This document shows positions 27,668 through 37,212 of a DNA stretch of 64,000 nucleotides, piece by piece. A program made the translations under genes and the position numbers. The stretch comes from Thermoanaerobaculia bacterium (GTDB lineage: Bacteria > Acidobacteriota > Thermoanaerobaculia > UBA5066 > Gp7-AA6): contig DASXAG010000089.1 of NCBI GenBank assembly GCA_036406835.1, positions 478-64,477 on the forward strand, written 5' to 3'. Within the stretch, counting starts at the first letter, position 1. Every line of letters starts with the position of its first letter. Under the pieces are notes generated by a model. That model saw only the letters and a program-made list of their open reading frames with translations, made no database searches and was not told where the DNA came from.

Positions 27668-28684
27668 GTGATCGTGGGATACGGGTCCGTGGGACGGAAG
27701 CACGCCGCGGAGATGGCGGCGCTCTTCCCGTCGCTCGGGATCGTGGACACGAAGGAGTCCGCCCGCCGCGCCGCGGCGGGGGACCACCCCGGGGCGCGCG
27801 TCGGCGTCAACCTGGAGGAGCTCGACGCCGTCGATCTCCCATGGGCATCGGCGGTGGCGGTCATCGCGACGTGGGGGCCCACGCACGCCCGGCTGTTTCA
27901 CGCGCTCGTGGACCGGGGCGTGCGCCGGATCCTGAGCGAGAAGCCGCTCGCCGCCTCGGTCGCCGACGCCGTCGCGATGGCCGAGCGCGCCGCCCGCGAG
28001 GGCGTTCGCCTCGAGGTCCATCACTACTTCCGCTACGGCGGGATGGGGGCGTCGATCCGGAGACTGCTGGCCGAGCACGGGCTCGGCGAGCCCGTGTCCC
28101 TCGTCGTGACGGGGGGCGCGGCCTGCGCGGTGACGAACGGGATCCACTGGCTGGATCTGGCGACCGAGCTCTTCGGCGCGGAGCCGCGGTCCGTGGTCGG
28201 CGACCTGCGGACGCGCGCGATCAACCCGCGCTCTCCCGACCTCGGCTTCTACGGCGGCACGGCCGCGTGGGACTTCGGCGGCGATCGGCGCCTCACGCTC
28301 TCCCTGAGCAACGACTCGAGCGTGGCGATGGAGGCCCGGCTCTACATGCGCGACGCGGTGGCGGATCTCGACGAGAACCTCCGGGCGCGGCTGCGCCGGC
28401 GGAGCGGCGGCGAGGGATCCGGCCGGCCGGTGACGCGCACCGGCGCGGCGGAGGAGGTCCTCTTCGACGGCGTGCTTCCGGGGACGCGGAGCCATCGCGA
28501 GGGCATCCGCCTGGCGGTCGAGAGCGTGGGCGCGGACGGGCCGCCGATCTGCTCCGCGGCCGACGGCGCCGCCGCGGTCTCCGGCTGCATCGGCGCGCTT
28601 CTCGCCTCGCGCGAAGAGCGCCGCATTCCGCTTCCGATCGATCCGCAGAGCGACTGGGGCCGAGAGCCCTGGCCGATTTCCTGA
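27668..28684 (+). CDS. Gfo/Idh/MocA-family NAD(P)-dependent oxidoreductase
   Basis: GTG start with a GGGAGAG RBS. N-terminal Rossmann VGYGSVGRKH and the EKP catalytic motif (ILSEKPLA) are present. Confidence 0.65.
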   Translation: MIVGYGSVGRKHAAEMAALFPSLGIVDTKESARRAAAGDHPGARVGVNLEELDAVDLPWASAVAVIATWGPTHARLFHALVDRGVRRILSEKPLAASVADAVAMAERAAREGVRLEVHHYFRYGGMGASIRRLLAEHGLGEPVSLVVTGGAACAVTNGIHWLDLATELFGAEPRSVVGDLRTRAINPRSPDLGFYGGTAAWDFGGDRRLTLSLSNDSSVAMEARLYMRDAVADLDENLRARLRRRSGGEGSGRPVTRTGAAEEVLFDGVLPGTRSHREGIRLAVESVGADGPPICSAADGAAAVSGCIGALLASREERRIPLPIDPQSDWGREPWPIS

Positions 28685-28697
28685 GCGAGAGAAACCC

Positions 28698-30074
28698 GTG
28701 AGAGTCCTGATGTGCGTGCCCGACCGCCTCCGTGACCTGGAGGGACACGCCCTCGTCGCGTTCCACCTGCGGGAGCGCCACGGCCACGAGGTCCGCCTCG
28801 TGGGACCGGCGAATCTCGAGTCGGGCTTCTTCGAGTACGCGCCGGACGCGCTGGTCCTCGACTACCTGGGCTGGCAGGACCGCGTGTCGATGGCGGCGAT
28901 CGCGCGCAAGTTCGGCGTTCCCGTTCTCGTCCTCCCGACCGCGGGCCTCTATCAGTACGAGGAGCTCGAGCTGCGGCGCGCCGGAAAGCTTCTCCAGGCG
29001 AACCGATACATCGACTGTTACCTGGCCTGGGGCGAGGAGTCGCGCCGCAATCTCCTCAAGGCGAAGATGCTGGAGGACGCCCAGATCACGGTGGTCGGTT
29101 GCCCGCGTTTCGACTTCTACGCGTCGCCGTACCTCACCCTGATGGAGGACCGGGCGACGCTGCTGTCGCGGTTCGGGGCCCCGGTCTCGGACGCGCCGGT
29201 CATCCTCTGGACCACCAACACCTGCTTCGCCCACGGCCCCCAGCGCGACCAGGTGCGCAGCCAGATCCGGCACGGCCGCCGCCCGCGGCGTGACTTCGAA
29301 GAGGAGATGGAGGACAACCGGACCCAGTTCGCGGCGCAGTCCGCCTCGATCCTGGAGGTCGCGCGCCAGCATCCGGAGTGGACCTTCCTCGTGAAGATCC
29401 ACCCGTTCGAGGCCGTCGAGCCCTACCGCGACCTCGCCGAGAGGGTTCCCAATCTCTACGTTCTGAAGGACGTGCCGGTGCGTCACGTCCTCTACCACGC
29501 CGACGTCGTGATCCAGCGGGGCTGCACCACGGCGACCGAGGCGTGGATGCTGGGCAAGCCGGTCGTCGAGATCGAGATCGGGAAGTTCCACCACGCCCTC
29601 CGCGCCGACTATGCGGCCGGCAACGAGCCCGTGACGGACGTGGCGGGGCTGGAGCAGGCCATTCAGCGCTACCTCGAGGGCGCCCGCGTGGCGCCGGACC
29701 TCCAGAAGGCGCGCGATGCGTTCATCGGCGAGGTGTACCGCGACGTGTCGGGGAAGGCCAGCGAGCGCTGCGCGGACACGATCGACGCCGTGATCGCGGT
29801 CCAGGGGCTCGCGGAAGCGCAGCGGGCCGAGCGGGAGGCGCGCATCCGCGAGGAGCAGCGCGCCCGCGTCCGGCGGTCCGACGAGCGGATGATCAACCGC
29901 GTCAAGGACGTGCTGGGCGTCGACCGCGATCGCTCGCTGCGCCTGTGGTGGCGCAACGTCCGGGACTCCTGGCGCAAGCCCCAGAAACCGCATCGCGAGA
30001 TCGACGCGCGCGATCTGTACCGCCAGTTCCAGGAGGCGACGGCCCGGGTTCGCGCCGAGCGGCCGTCTCGATGA
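28698..30074 (+). CDS. Putative GT-B-like sugar transferase (TagB/KpsS-like 'surface carbohydrate biosynthesis protein'); paralog of 32959..34434
   Basis: 458 aa. Shares the ...VVGCPRFDFY... / ...VTGTPQFDFH... block and overall architecture with the downstream paralog. Basic C-terminal tail. Confidence 0.55.
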   Translation: MRVLMCVPDRLRDLEGHALVAFHLRERHGHEVRLVGPANLESGFFEYAPDALVLDYLGWQDRVSMAAIARKFGVPVLVLPTAGLYQYEELELRRAGKLLQANRYIDCYLAWGEESRRNLLKAKMLEDAQITVVGCPRFDFYASPYLTLMEDRATLLSRFGAPVSDAPVILWTTNTCFAHGPQRDQVRSQIRHGRRPRRDFEEEMEDNRTQFAAQSASILEVARQHPEWTFLVKIHPFEAVEPYRDLAERVPNLYVLKDVPVRHVLYHADVVIQRGCTTATEAWMLGKPVVEIEIGKFHHALRADYAAGNEPVTDVAGLEQAIQRYLEGARVAPDLQKARDAFIGEVYRDVSGKASERCADTIDAVIAVQGLAEAQRAEREARIREEQRARVRRSDERMINRVKDVLGVDRDRSLRLWWRNVRDSWRKPQKPHREIDARDLYRQFQEATARVRAERPSR

Positions 30075-30760
30075 TCGTCGCGCTCGTGCCCGCGCGAGGC
30101 GGGTCCAAGCGCCTGCCGCGCAAGAACCTTCGTCCGCTGGCAGGCCGCCCCCTGCTCGCGCACAGCATCGCCGCCGCGAAGGCCGCGCCCGAGATCGGCC
30201 GCTGCGTCGTCTCCACGGACGACGCCGAGATCGCGGCCGTGGCGCGCGACTACGGCGCCGAGGTGCTGATGCGGCCGGCGGAGCTGGCGAACGACACCGC
30301 GACGACGGCGAGCGTCGCACAGCACGCGCTCGAGCGTCTCGGCGCGGGCGCGCCGGGCGACGTGCTCGTCACGCTGCAACCCACCAACCCGCTTCGTCCG
30401 CCGTCGCTCGTGTCGGACGCGCTCGCGCTCTTCCGCGGCGGCGACTACGACGCCGTCGTGTCCGTCACGCAGAGCCAGGAGAAGGGGGGCGCGGTCGAAA
30501 ACGGCCTGTTCGCGCCCGCCTACTCCATCGGCATCCGTTCGCAGGACCTTCCGCCGGTCTACTTCGAGAACGGGCTCGTCTACGTGTCGCGGGCGGACAT
30601 GGTCCTCGCGGGAGGGAACCTCTTCGGGAAGCGAACGGGCGCGCTCGTCGTGGACCCGCTGTACGCGCGCGCGGACATCGACACCGAGCTCGACTTCGAG
30701 ATCGCCGAGTTCCTGTTCGAGAAGTACCGGTCACGGTTCGCGCTGCCGAGCGCGGTCTGA
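30071..30760 (+). CDS. CMP-nonulosonic acid synthetase, NeuA/PseF-like acylneuraminate cytidylyltransferase
   Basis: MIVALVPARGGSKRLPRKNLRPLAGRPLLAHSI is the canonical N-terminus of CMP-sugar synthetases. 229 aa. ATGA overlap. Confidence 0.8.
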   Translation: MIVALVPARGGSKRLPRKNLRPLAGRPLLAHSIAAAKAAPEIGRCVVSTDDAEIAAVARDYGAEVLMRPAELANDTATTASVAQHALERLGAGAPGDVLVTLQPTNPLRPPSLVSDALALFRGGDYDAVVSVTQSQEKGGAVENGLFAPAYSIGIRSQDLPPVYFENGLVYVSRADMVLAGGNLFGKRTGALVVDPLYARADIDTELDFEIAEFLFEKYRSRFALPSAV

Positions 30761-30786
30761 ACGCGGCCGCCCAAAAGGAGAGTCCG

Positions 30787-31821
30787 ATGGCACCCGAGAT
30801 GAAGCTGGGGAATCGAAGGATCGGCGCGGATCAGCCGCCGCTGGTCGTCGCGGAGATCGGGATCAATCACGAGGGCGACATCGACAAGGCCATCCGGATG
30901 GTGGACGACGCCGCCCGGGTCGGCTGCGAGTGCGTGAAGTTCCAGTCCCACGTCATCGAAGACGAGATGATCCCGAACGACGTCGTCCCCGGAAACGCCA
31001 AGGAGTCGATCTGGGCCATCATGGAGCGCTGCGCGCTCTCCGAGGCGGAGGAGCGCCGGCTCAAGCAGTACGTCGAGGCGAAGGGCCTGCTCTACCTGTG
31101 CACGCCGTTCTCGCGCGCGGCGGCGGACCGGCTCCGGAGCATGGACGTGCCGGCGTACAAGATCGGCTCCGGCGAGTGCAACAACTATCCGCTCGTGAAA
31201 CACATCGCGTCGTTCGGGAAGCCCGTCATCCTGAGCACGGGCATGAACGACGTCTCGACCGTGGAGCCGGCGGTCGCGATCCTGCGCGAGGCGGGGGTGC
31301 CGTTCGCGCTGCTCCACTGCACGTCGATGTACCCGACGCCGTACGAGGCGGTCAACCTCGGCGGGATCCAGGTCCTCGCGGAGGCGTTTCCCGACGCGAT
31401 CGTCGGCCTGAGCGACCACTCGATGGGCATCTACACGTGCCTCGGCGCCGTGCCCCTGGGCGCCCGGATTCTCGAGAAGCACTTCACCTCGGACAAGAGC
31501 TGGCCGGGGCCCGACGTCCCGATCTCGCTCGACCCGGCGGAGCTCGGGGAGCTCGTCCGCGGCAGCCGCGCCGTCTTCGAGGCGCGCGGCCGGAGCAAGA
31601 AGATCCTTCCCGGCGAGAAGCCCACGATCGACTTCGCGTACGCGAGCGTCGTGTCGATCCGGCCGATCCCGAAGGGCGGCGCGTTCGGCATGGACAACGT
31701 CTGGGTCAAGCGGCCCGGCACGGGCGAGATCCTGGCGAAAGACTTCCCGCAGGTCCTCGGCAAGCGGGCCGGGCGCGACATCCCCGCGGACACCCAGCTG
31801 AAGTGGTCGGATCTCGCTTGA
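30787..31821 (+). CDS. neuB: N-acetylneuraminate / legionaminate synthase, NeuB/LegI-like (second NeuB-family gene)
   Basis: IGADQPPLVVAEIGINHEGD, VKFQSH, ILSTGMNDVSTVE and GLSDHSMG are present. 344 aa. Distinct from the pseI-like gene. Confidence 0.85.
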   Translation: MAPEMKLGNRRIGADQPPLVVAEIGINHEGDIDKAIRMVDDAARVGCECVKFQSHVIEDEMIPNDVVPGNAKESIWAIMERCALSEAEERRLKQYVEAKGLLYLCTPFSRAAADRLRSMDVPAYKIGSGECNNYPLVKHIASFGKPVILSTGMNDVSTVEPAVAILREAGVPFALLHCTSMYPTPYEAVNLGGIQVLAEAFPDAIVGLSDHSMGIYTCLGAVPLGARILEKHFTSDKSWPGPDVPISLDPAELGELVRGSRAVFEARGRSKKILPGEKPTIDFAYASVVSIRPIPKGGAFGMDNVWVKRPGTGEILAKDFPQVLGKRAGRDIPADTQLKWSDLA

Positions 31822-32966
31822 CGCGCGAAATCCTGTTCCTGACCGCGACGCGCGCGGACTTCGGCAAGCTGAAGCCCTTGATCGCGCGCGTCCGCGATTC
31901 CGAGGCGTTCACCTACCGGATCTTCGTCACCGGGATGCACATGCTCTCGCGGTACGGCTCGACGGCCCGCGAGATCGAGAAGGCCGGCTTCACCGGCCTG
32001 TTCCAGCACATCAACCAGGACGGCGCCGTCACCTCGCAGATGGACCTCGTGCTCGCCAACACGATCCAGGGCCTCGGCCACTACATCCGCGAGTTTCCGC
32101 CGGACCTCGTCGTGGTCCACGGCGACCGGCTCGAGGCGCTGGCCGGCGCCGCGGTCGGAGCGCTCAACAACACGCTCGTGGCCCACGTCGAGGGCGGCGA
32201 GCTCTCGGGCACGGTCGACGAGCTCCTGCGTCACGCGGTCTCCAAGCTCTCCCACGTCCACTTCGTCGCCAACGAGGAGGCCCGCACGCGGCTGGTCCAG
32301 ATGGGGGAGCTGCCGGAGAGCGTGTTCGTGGTCGGGTCGCCCGACATCGACGTGATGCTCGGGGACACGCTGCCGGATCTCGACGAGGTCCGCCGGAAGT
32401 ACGCGATCCCGTTCGGCGACTACGTCATCCTCATGTACCACCCGGTGACGACGGAGCTCGAACGGCTGCCCGGCCACATCGAGGAGGTCGCCGCCGCGAT
32501 CGAGGCGTCGGGCCGCCGGTGCGTCGCGATCTACCCGAATAACGACTCGGGCTCGGAGGTCATCCTGGACAGGCTGCGCACGCTCGAGGCGGGCGACGCG
32601 GCGAGATTCCGGCTGATCCCGTCGATGCGCTTCGAGTATTTCCTGAGCCTGCTCCGGGGCGCCTCGGCGATCGTGGGCAACTCGAGCGCGGGAGTCCGCG
32701 AGGCGCCGGTCTACGGCGTGCCGACCGTCAACATCGGGTCGCGCCAGCTCAACCGATTCCGGGGAGGCGCCTCGGTCCTCAACGTCCCCGAGGAGCGCGC
32801 CGCGATTCGGAAGGCGCTCGAGAACCTGCCGCGCGACTGCGCGCCGTCGCGTCACTTCGGGCACGGAAACAGCGCGGAGCTCTTCCTGAAGACGCTCGCG
32901 GAGCCCGCCTTCTGGAAGACGCCGCGGCAGAAGCAGTTCCGCGACGTGGGAATGGCGCGTGGCTGA
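31818..32966 (+). CDS. neuC: UDP-N-acetylglucosamine 2-epimerase (hydrolysing), NeuC/LegG-like
   Basis: ILFLTATRADFGKLKPLI, VVHGDRLEALAGA and HVEGGE are present. The TTG start overlaps the neuB stop (TTGA). An in-frame GTG at 31803 is an alternative start. Confidence 0.75.
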   Translation: MTREILFLTATRADFGKLKPLIARVRDSEAFTYRIFVTGMHMLSRYGSTAREIEKAGFTGLFQHINQDGAVTSQMDLVLANTIQGLGHYIREFPPDLVVVHGDRLEALAGAAVGALNNTLVAHVEGGELSGTVDELLRHAVSKLSHVHFVANEEARTRLVQMGELPESVFVVGSPDIDVMLGDTLPDLDEVRRKYAIPFGDYVILMYHPVTTELERLPGHIEEVAAAIEASGRRCVAIYPNNDSGSEVILDRLRTLEAGDAARFRLIPSMRFEYFLSLLRGASAIVGNSSAGVREAPVYGVPTVNIGSRQLNRFRGGASVLNVPEERAAIRKALENLPRDCAPSRHFGHGNSAELFLKTLAEPAFWKTPRQKQFRDVGMARG

Positions 32967-34434
32967 GCAGCACGAGGGACCGTCCGCGGCGCGCTCCCGC
33001 GCCTCCGGCCCGGTCGACGTCGCGATCCTCCTGCCGACGCTCTACGGCGACCGGAACGTTCTCCACTCGGGACTCCTCCGCGCGCTGACGGACGCGGGTG
33101 TGCGCGCCGCGATCCTGCCGCGGGAGTGCCCGCGCGAGTCCACCGACGCGATCCCGGCGACGGTGCCGTGCGAGCCCCTGCAGGAGCCGCCCCGGCGGCA
33201 CTCGGACCGCGGCCGCGCGTTCCTGAACGGGCTCATCGCCGAGGCGTTCATCCGCCGCCACCCGGAGATGAGCCACGCGCTCTATCGCGCGTGGTGGCAC
33301 CGGCACGGCTCGATGACGGATCGGCTCCGGACGGCCCTCTTCGGCGCGCTCGGGCGGATGGCGTCCTCCGACGGAACGCTGGCGCTCCTGCAGCGAGCCG
33401 CCGAGGCGCACTACCGGCGCTCGTGGGACCTCGAGCCGATCCGCCGGCGGCTGCGGGAGCTGGCGCCGCGGCTCCTGTGGTCGACGACGTCCACGTCCCG
33501 CTTCGAGCTGCCGTACGTCCTCGCGGCGCGCGACCTGGGGATCCCGACGCTCTGCTCCATTCTCGGCTTCGACAACCTGACGACGCGCTCGGCGCTGCCG
33601 GTCTTCGACCGCTATCTGGTGTGGTCCGACGCCATGAAGCGCGAGCTCCTCTCCCTCTACCCGATGGTCGCGGACGCGGACGTCGCGGTGACGGGGACTC
33701 CCCAGTTCGACTTCCACCGGCGGCCGGCGTGCCGCTGGTCTCGCGAGGCGACGCTCCGCCACCTGGGGGTGCCCGCGGGCGCGCGCTACTTCCTGTACGC
33801 GGGAGGAGGAGAGTCGCTGATGCCCGAGGAGCCCGAGCTCGTCGCGGAGCTCTCGCGCCGCATGGCCGCCTCCGACGCGCTCAAGGACTGCTGGCTCGTG
33901 GTGCGCCTCCACCCGCAGGACGACGGCCGCCGCTGGGAGAGCCTGGCGGGCCCGGGCACGAAGAGGGTGGTGTCGCCGGCGGTCGAGCCCCAGCCCGACG
34001 CCGAGGCGTGGAAGCGGACTCGCCCGGAGGAGCAGGACCGGCTGATCAGCTCGCTGCTCCACGCCGAGGCCTGCGTCAACATCGCCTCGACGATCAGCCT
34101 CGACGCGGCCATCCTCGACCGGCCGGTGATCGGGATCGAGTTCTCCGGCGTTCCGTCGAGTCCGCGCGAGATCATGTACGCGGCGTACGGCGCGACCCAC
34201 TACCGTCCGATCGTCGCGAGCGGCGGGCTCGAGCTGGCGCGGAGCTGGGACGAGCTCCTCGAGAGCATGCGCCTCGCGACGAGCCGCCCCGAGCGCCTCC
34301 GCGAGGCGCGGACACGCATGGTGCGCGAGGTCTGCGGGACGGTGGACGGCCAGTCGGGAAGGCGGGTCGTCGACGCGATCGTCCGGATCCTGGAGGAGGT
34401 CGGCGCGCGTCCGGCGTCGGCGGTCTCGGCGTGA
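32959..34434 (+). CDS. Putative GT-B-like sugar transferase; paralog of 28698..30074
   Basis: GTG start overlaps the neuC stop. 491 aa. Shares motifs with the 28698 gene and likewise follows a nonulosonic-acid module. Confidence 0.55.
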   Translation: MAEQHEGPSAARSRASGPVDVAILLPTLYGDRNVLHSGLLRALTDAGVRAAILPRECPRESTDAIPATVPCEPLQEPPRRHSDRGRAFLNGLIAEAFIRRHPEMSHALYRAWWHRHGSMTDRLRTALFGALGRMASSDGTLALLQRAAEAHYRRSWDLEPIRRRLRELAPRLLWSTTSTSRFELPYVLAARDLGIPTLCSILGFDNLTTRSALPVFDRYLVWSDAMKRELLSLYPMVADADVAVTGTPQFDFHRRPACRWSREATLRHLGVPAGARYFLYAGGGESLMPEEPELVAELSRRMAASDALKDCWLVVRLHPQDDGRRWESLAGPGTKRVVSPAVEPQPDAEAWKRTRPEEQDRLISSLLHAEACVNIASTISLDAAILDRPVIGIEFSGVPSSPREIMYAAYGATHYRPIVASGGLELARSWDELLESMRLATSRPERLREARTRMVREVCGTVDGQSGRRVVDAIVRILEEVGARPASAVSA

Positions 34435-34436
34435 GC

Positions 34437-36038
34437 ATGGACGCGCAGGCGAGGGCCGCGGCGCCGGCTGCGCCGGCCGCGGCGACGAGGAGTCCCGCGC
34501 GGCGCCTGGGCCTGCGCGCGCTGTGGCCGCTCCTCCTGCTGTCCGCGATCCTGCTCGCGACGATCGCGGCCGGCGCCTGGAAGGGCTTCCCGGTCGCCGA
34601 CGACGGCTACCTCACGTTTCTCCTGCGCGCCGGAAGGGGACGCGTGATCGAGGCGCACCCGGACCGGCCCATCTACGGCTGGCTCCTCCAGGTCTGGGCC
34701 GGCGGCGGGACGACCACCGCTCCCTACATCGCGCTCGACCTCGCGCTGTGGTCCCTGCTCGCCTGGCAGACGGGCCTGCTCTGGCGGCGGCTCTTTCCGG
34801 AGTCCGCCCGCTACTGGCCGCTCGCCGCGGTCCTCTGCATCGCGCCGCTCGCGGTCGAGACCCAGTTCACGACGCTCACGACGCTTCTGCCGGCGAATCT
34901 GCCCGTCTGCCTGGCGCTCGGCGGCCTGCTCTGGCTCCTCTCGGACGCGCCGGCGACGACGGCGGCCTCGGCGGCCGTGGCCGCCGCGATGGCGTTCGCC
35001 GTCGCGATCAGCGAGTACGGGCTCGTGACGGCGGCGGCAGGAATCACTCTGCTCGTCTTCCTGGGGCGGATCCGGCGAGCCGCTCCTCTGGCCGCCGGCG
35101 CGGCCGTCGGCTACGGCGTCTTCCGGGCGATCGCGGACGTCAGCGGCCGCGAGGACACGAGGCTCGCGGTGCAGGGAAGCAAGCTGTTCACGACGCCGTG
35201 GGCGATCCCGCCGCGCCTGGGCACGGGACTCTGGTACGCGCTCTTCGGCGCGTACGGGCGCGCCGCCGACCAGCTGCGGCCGGAGTGGTCGTCGCGCTCC
35301 ACGATCCTCGCGCTCGCCGTCGCGATCGCCGTCTCCGCGCTCGCGGTCTGGAGCTGCCGGGGGAGCCGCGACGCCGGGCTCCCGGAGGGCGCCCTCGGGC
35401 TGCGGCGTCCGCTGGCGCTCCTCGCGGCCACGACGGTCGCGCTCGCGGCCGTGATGTCGCAGAACACGTTCCTGATCCTGACCGGCTACGAGTCCCGGCT
35501 CCGGCTGCCCGCCCTGCCGTTCGCGGCGCTCCTCGTCCTGTGCGGGATCCGCGCGCTCCAGCCGCGGTACCGGACGATCGCGGTGGGTCTGCTCGCCTTC
35601 CTCGCCGGTTACACGACCGCGACCGCCTCGGTCGAGACGGTTCGCGAGCAACGCATCCTCTCGCAGATCGGCGAGGTCCTTCGGAAGCGGCTCGGGCCGG
35701 AGGGCACGACGACGATCGCCGTCATCCCCCCGCTCGCCGGCCGCCTGGACGCCGTCGAGCTCAGCGCCAAGGCCACGCGGGGCTGGACGAACGCCGAGGC
35801 CGAACGGGTCTGGCTCATGCGGCCCTCCGACGCCCTCGCGGAATACGGAGACCGCATGGCGTGCAAGCCCCCGGGAAGCTTCTTCGTCGAAAACGAGCGG
35901 TTCGCGCGCCCGCCGACGCGCATCTGCCGCATCCTCTATATACCGGTGTCCCCCGACGGCCGGATCGGCGAGGTCGAGCCCTACTGCATCGGGGCCATGC
36001 GGACGTGGAGCGCCGCGGGCTGCGATCGGAGCTTCTGA
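34437..36038 (+). CDS. Polytopic membrane protein (GT-C-like); paralog of 2404..3903(-)
   Basis: Reading frame of ORF 33126..36038. ATG at 34437, or a GTG at 34431 overlapping the upstream TGA. Signal/TM start LLLSAILLATIAAGAWKGFPVADDGYL. Conserved blocks shared with the 2404 paralog. Confidence 0.65.
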   Translation: MDAQARAAAPAAPAAATRSPARRLGLRALWPLLLLSAILLATIAAGAWKGFPVADDGYLTFLLRAGRGRVIEAHPDRPIYGWLLQVWAGGGTTTAPYIALDLALWSLLAWQTGLLWRRLFPESARYWPLAAVLCIAPLAVETQFTTLTTLLPANLPVCLALGGLLWLLSDAPATTAASAAVAAAMAFAVAISEYGLVTAAAGITLLVFLGRIRRAAPLAAGAAVGYGVFRAIADVSGREDTRLAVQGSKLFTTPWAIPPRLGTGLWYALFGAYGRAADQLRPEWSSRSTILALAVAIAVSALAVWSCRGSRDAGLPEGALGLRRPLALLAATTVALAAVMSQNTFLILTGYESRLRLPALPFAALLVLCGIRALQPRYRTIAVGLLAFLAGYTTATASVETVREQRILSQIGEVLRKRLGPEGTTTIAVIPPLAGRLDAVELSAKATRGWTNAEAERVWLMRPSDALAEYGDRMACKPPGSFFVENERFARPPTRICRILYIPVSPDGRIGEVEPYCIGAMRTWSAAGCDRSF

Positions 36039-36096
36039 TGCCCCGACGCCGACGCCCGACGAGCCCATAGAGAGAGGAACCGCTCCCATCCGCATC

Positions 36097-37212
36097 GTGG
36101 CCGTTCAGACCGGTCTCTCTCCGCTCTCCGTCCTGGGAGGGACGGTGACCGATCGCGAGTTCCTGACCCGCGTGGCGGACCGCGGCGCCGAGGTCCACCT
36201 CTTCGTGGAGGCGGGGGAGCCGACCGTCGAGCATCCGAACATGATTCCGCACCGTTACGCGCGCCGGCTCAAGAAGCGCATTCCCTATTTCGGCAACGTG
36301 GACGTCGCGATCGAGCTGCGCCGGCTGCTCAAGAAGCTCCCGCCGGTCGACTGGATCCGTTTCAACAGCCCGGCGGCCGTGGGCGTGGGGGCGCTCGCGA
36401 GCGCGGGGGGCCGGCGGCTCTGGGCGTCCTATCTCCACTGCGAGGACGCGCCCTTCCGCCGTCTCGTGGATCGCTGGCTGCCGGGCCGCTGCGAGCTCAT
36501 CACCTGCCTGTCCGAGGACACGCGGCGGGACGTCGTCTCCCGGTGCCCGGCGGCCGACCATCCCGGCAACATCGTCGTGTCGATGGGGATCGACGCCGCG
36601 CGCATGGAGTCCGCGGGGCGGCCCCGCGACGCGGTGCGGCGGGAGCTCGGCGTCGGCGCGAACGAGGTGCTGATCCTCTTCGTCGGCGTCCTCACGCCGC
36701 GCAAGGGCATCGCGGAGCTGGTGGACGCGTGGCGGCGCCTCGGGCCGCGGCCCGACCTGCGTCTCCTGCTCCTGTCCAAGCCCATCGCGGAGGAGGAGAC
36801 CCGCCTGGTCGAGCGGCTCGTCGCCGAAGACCCGCGGGTCCGGCACCTGCCCCGCGTTCCCTACGAGCAGGTGCCCGAGTACTTCCGCGCGGCGGACGTC
36901 TTCTTCTTCCCGACTCACCTCGAGGGCTTCGGGATCGTCGTGGCCGAGGCGATGGCGGCGGGGCTGCCCGTCGTGACCACGCGCGCGAAGGGCGTGCGGG
37001 GCGTCGTGGCCGAGGGCGAGACGGCGCTCTGCTGCGACGTGGGGGACGCCGAGTGCATGGCGCAGGCGCTCGACGCGTTGACGCGGGATCCCGAGCTGCG
37101 TCGCCGACTCGGAGCCGCGGGGCGGCGGCGCGTCGCCGAGAAATTCTCGTGGGAGGAAAAGATCGACACGCTGATGGGCGCCCTGTCGACGCCGCAGGGG
37201 GCGTCTCGATGA
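36097..37212 (+). CDS. Glycosyltransferase family 4 (GT-B, retaining)
   Basis: GTG start. C-terminal EX7E-type motif FFFPTHLEGFGIVVAEAMAAGLPVVTT. Confidence 0.7.
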   Translation: MAVQTGLSPLSVLGGTVTDREFLTRVADRGAEVHLFVEAGEPTVEHPNMIPHRYARRLKKRIPYFGNVDVAIELRRLLKKLPPVDWIRFNSPAAVGVGALASAGGRRLWASYLHCEDAPFRRLVDRWLPGRCELITCLSEDTRRDVVSRCPAADHPGNIVVSMGIDAARMESAGRPRDAVRRELGVGANEVLILFVGVLTPRKGIAELVDAWRRLGPRPDLRLLLLSKPIAEEETRLVERLVAEDPRVRHLPRVPYEQVPEYFRAADVFFFPTHLEGFGIVVAEAMAAGLPVVTTRAKGVRGVVAEGETALCCDVGDAECMAQALDALTRDPELRRRLGAAGRRRVAEKFSWEEKIDTLMGALSTPQGASR

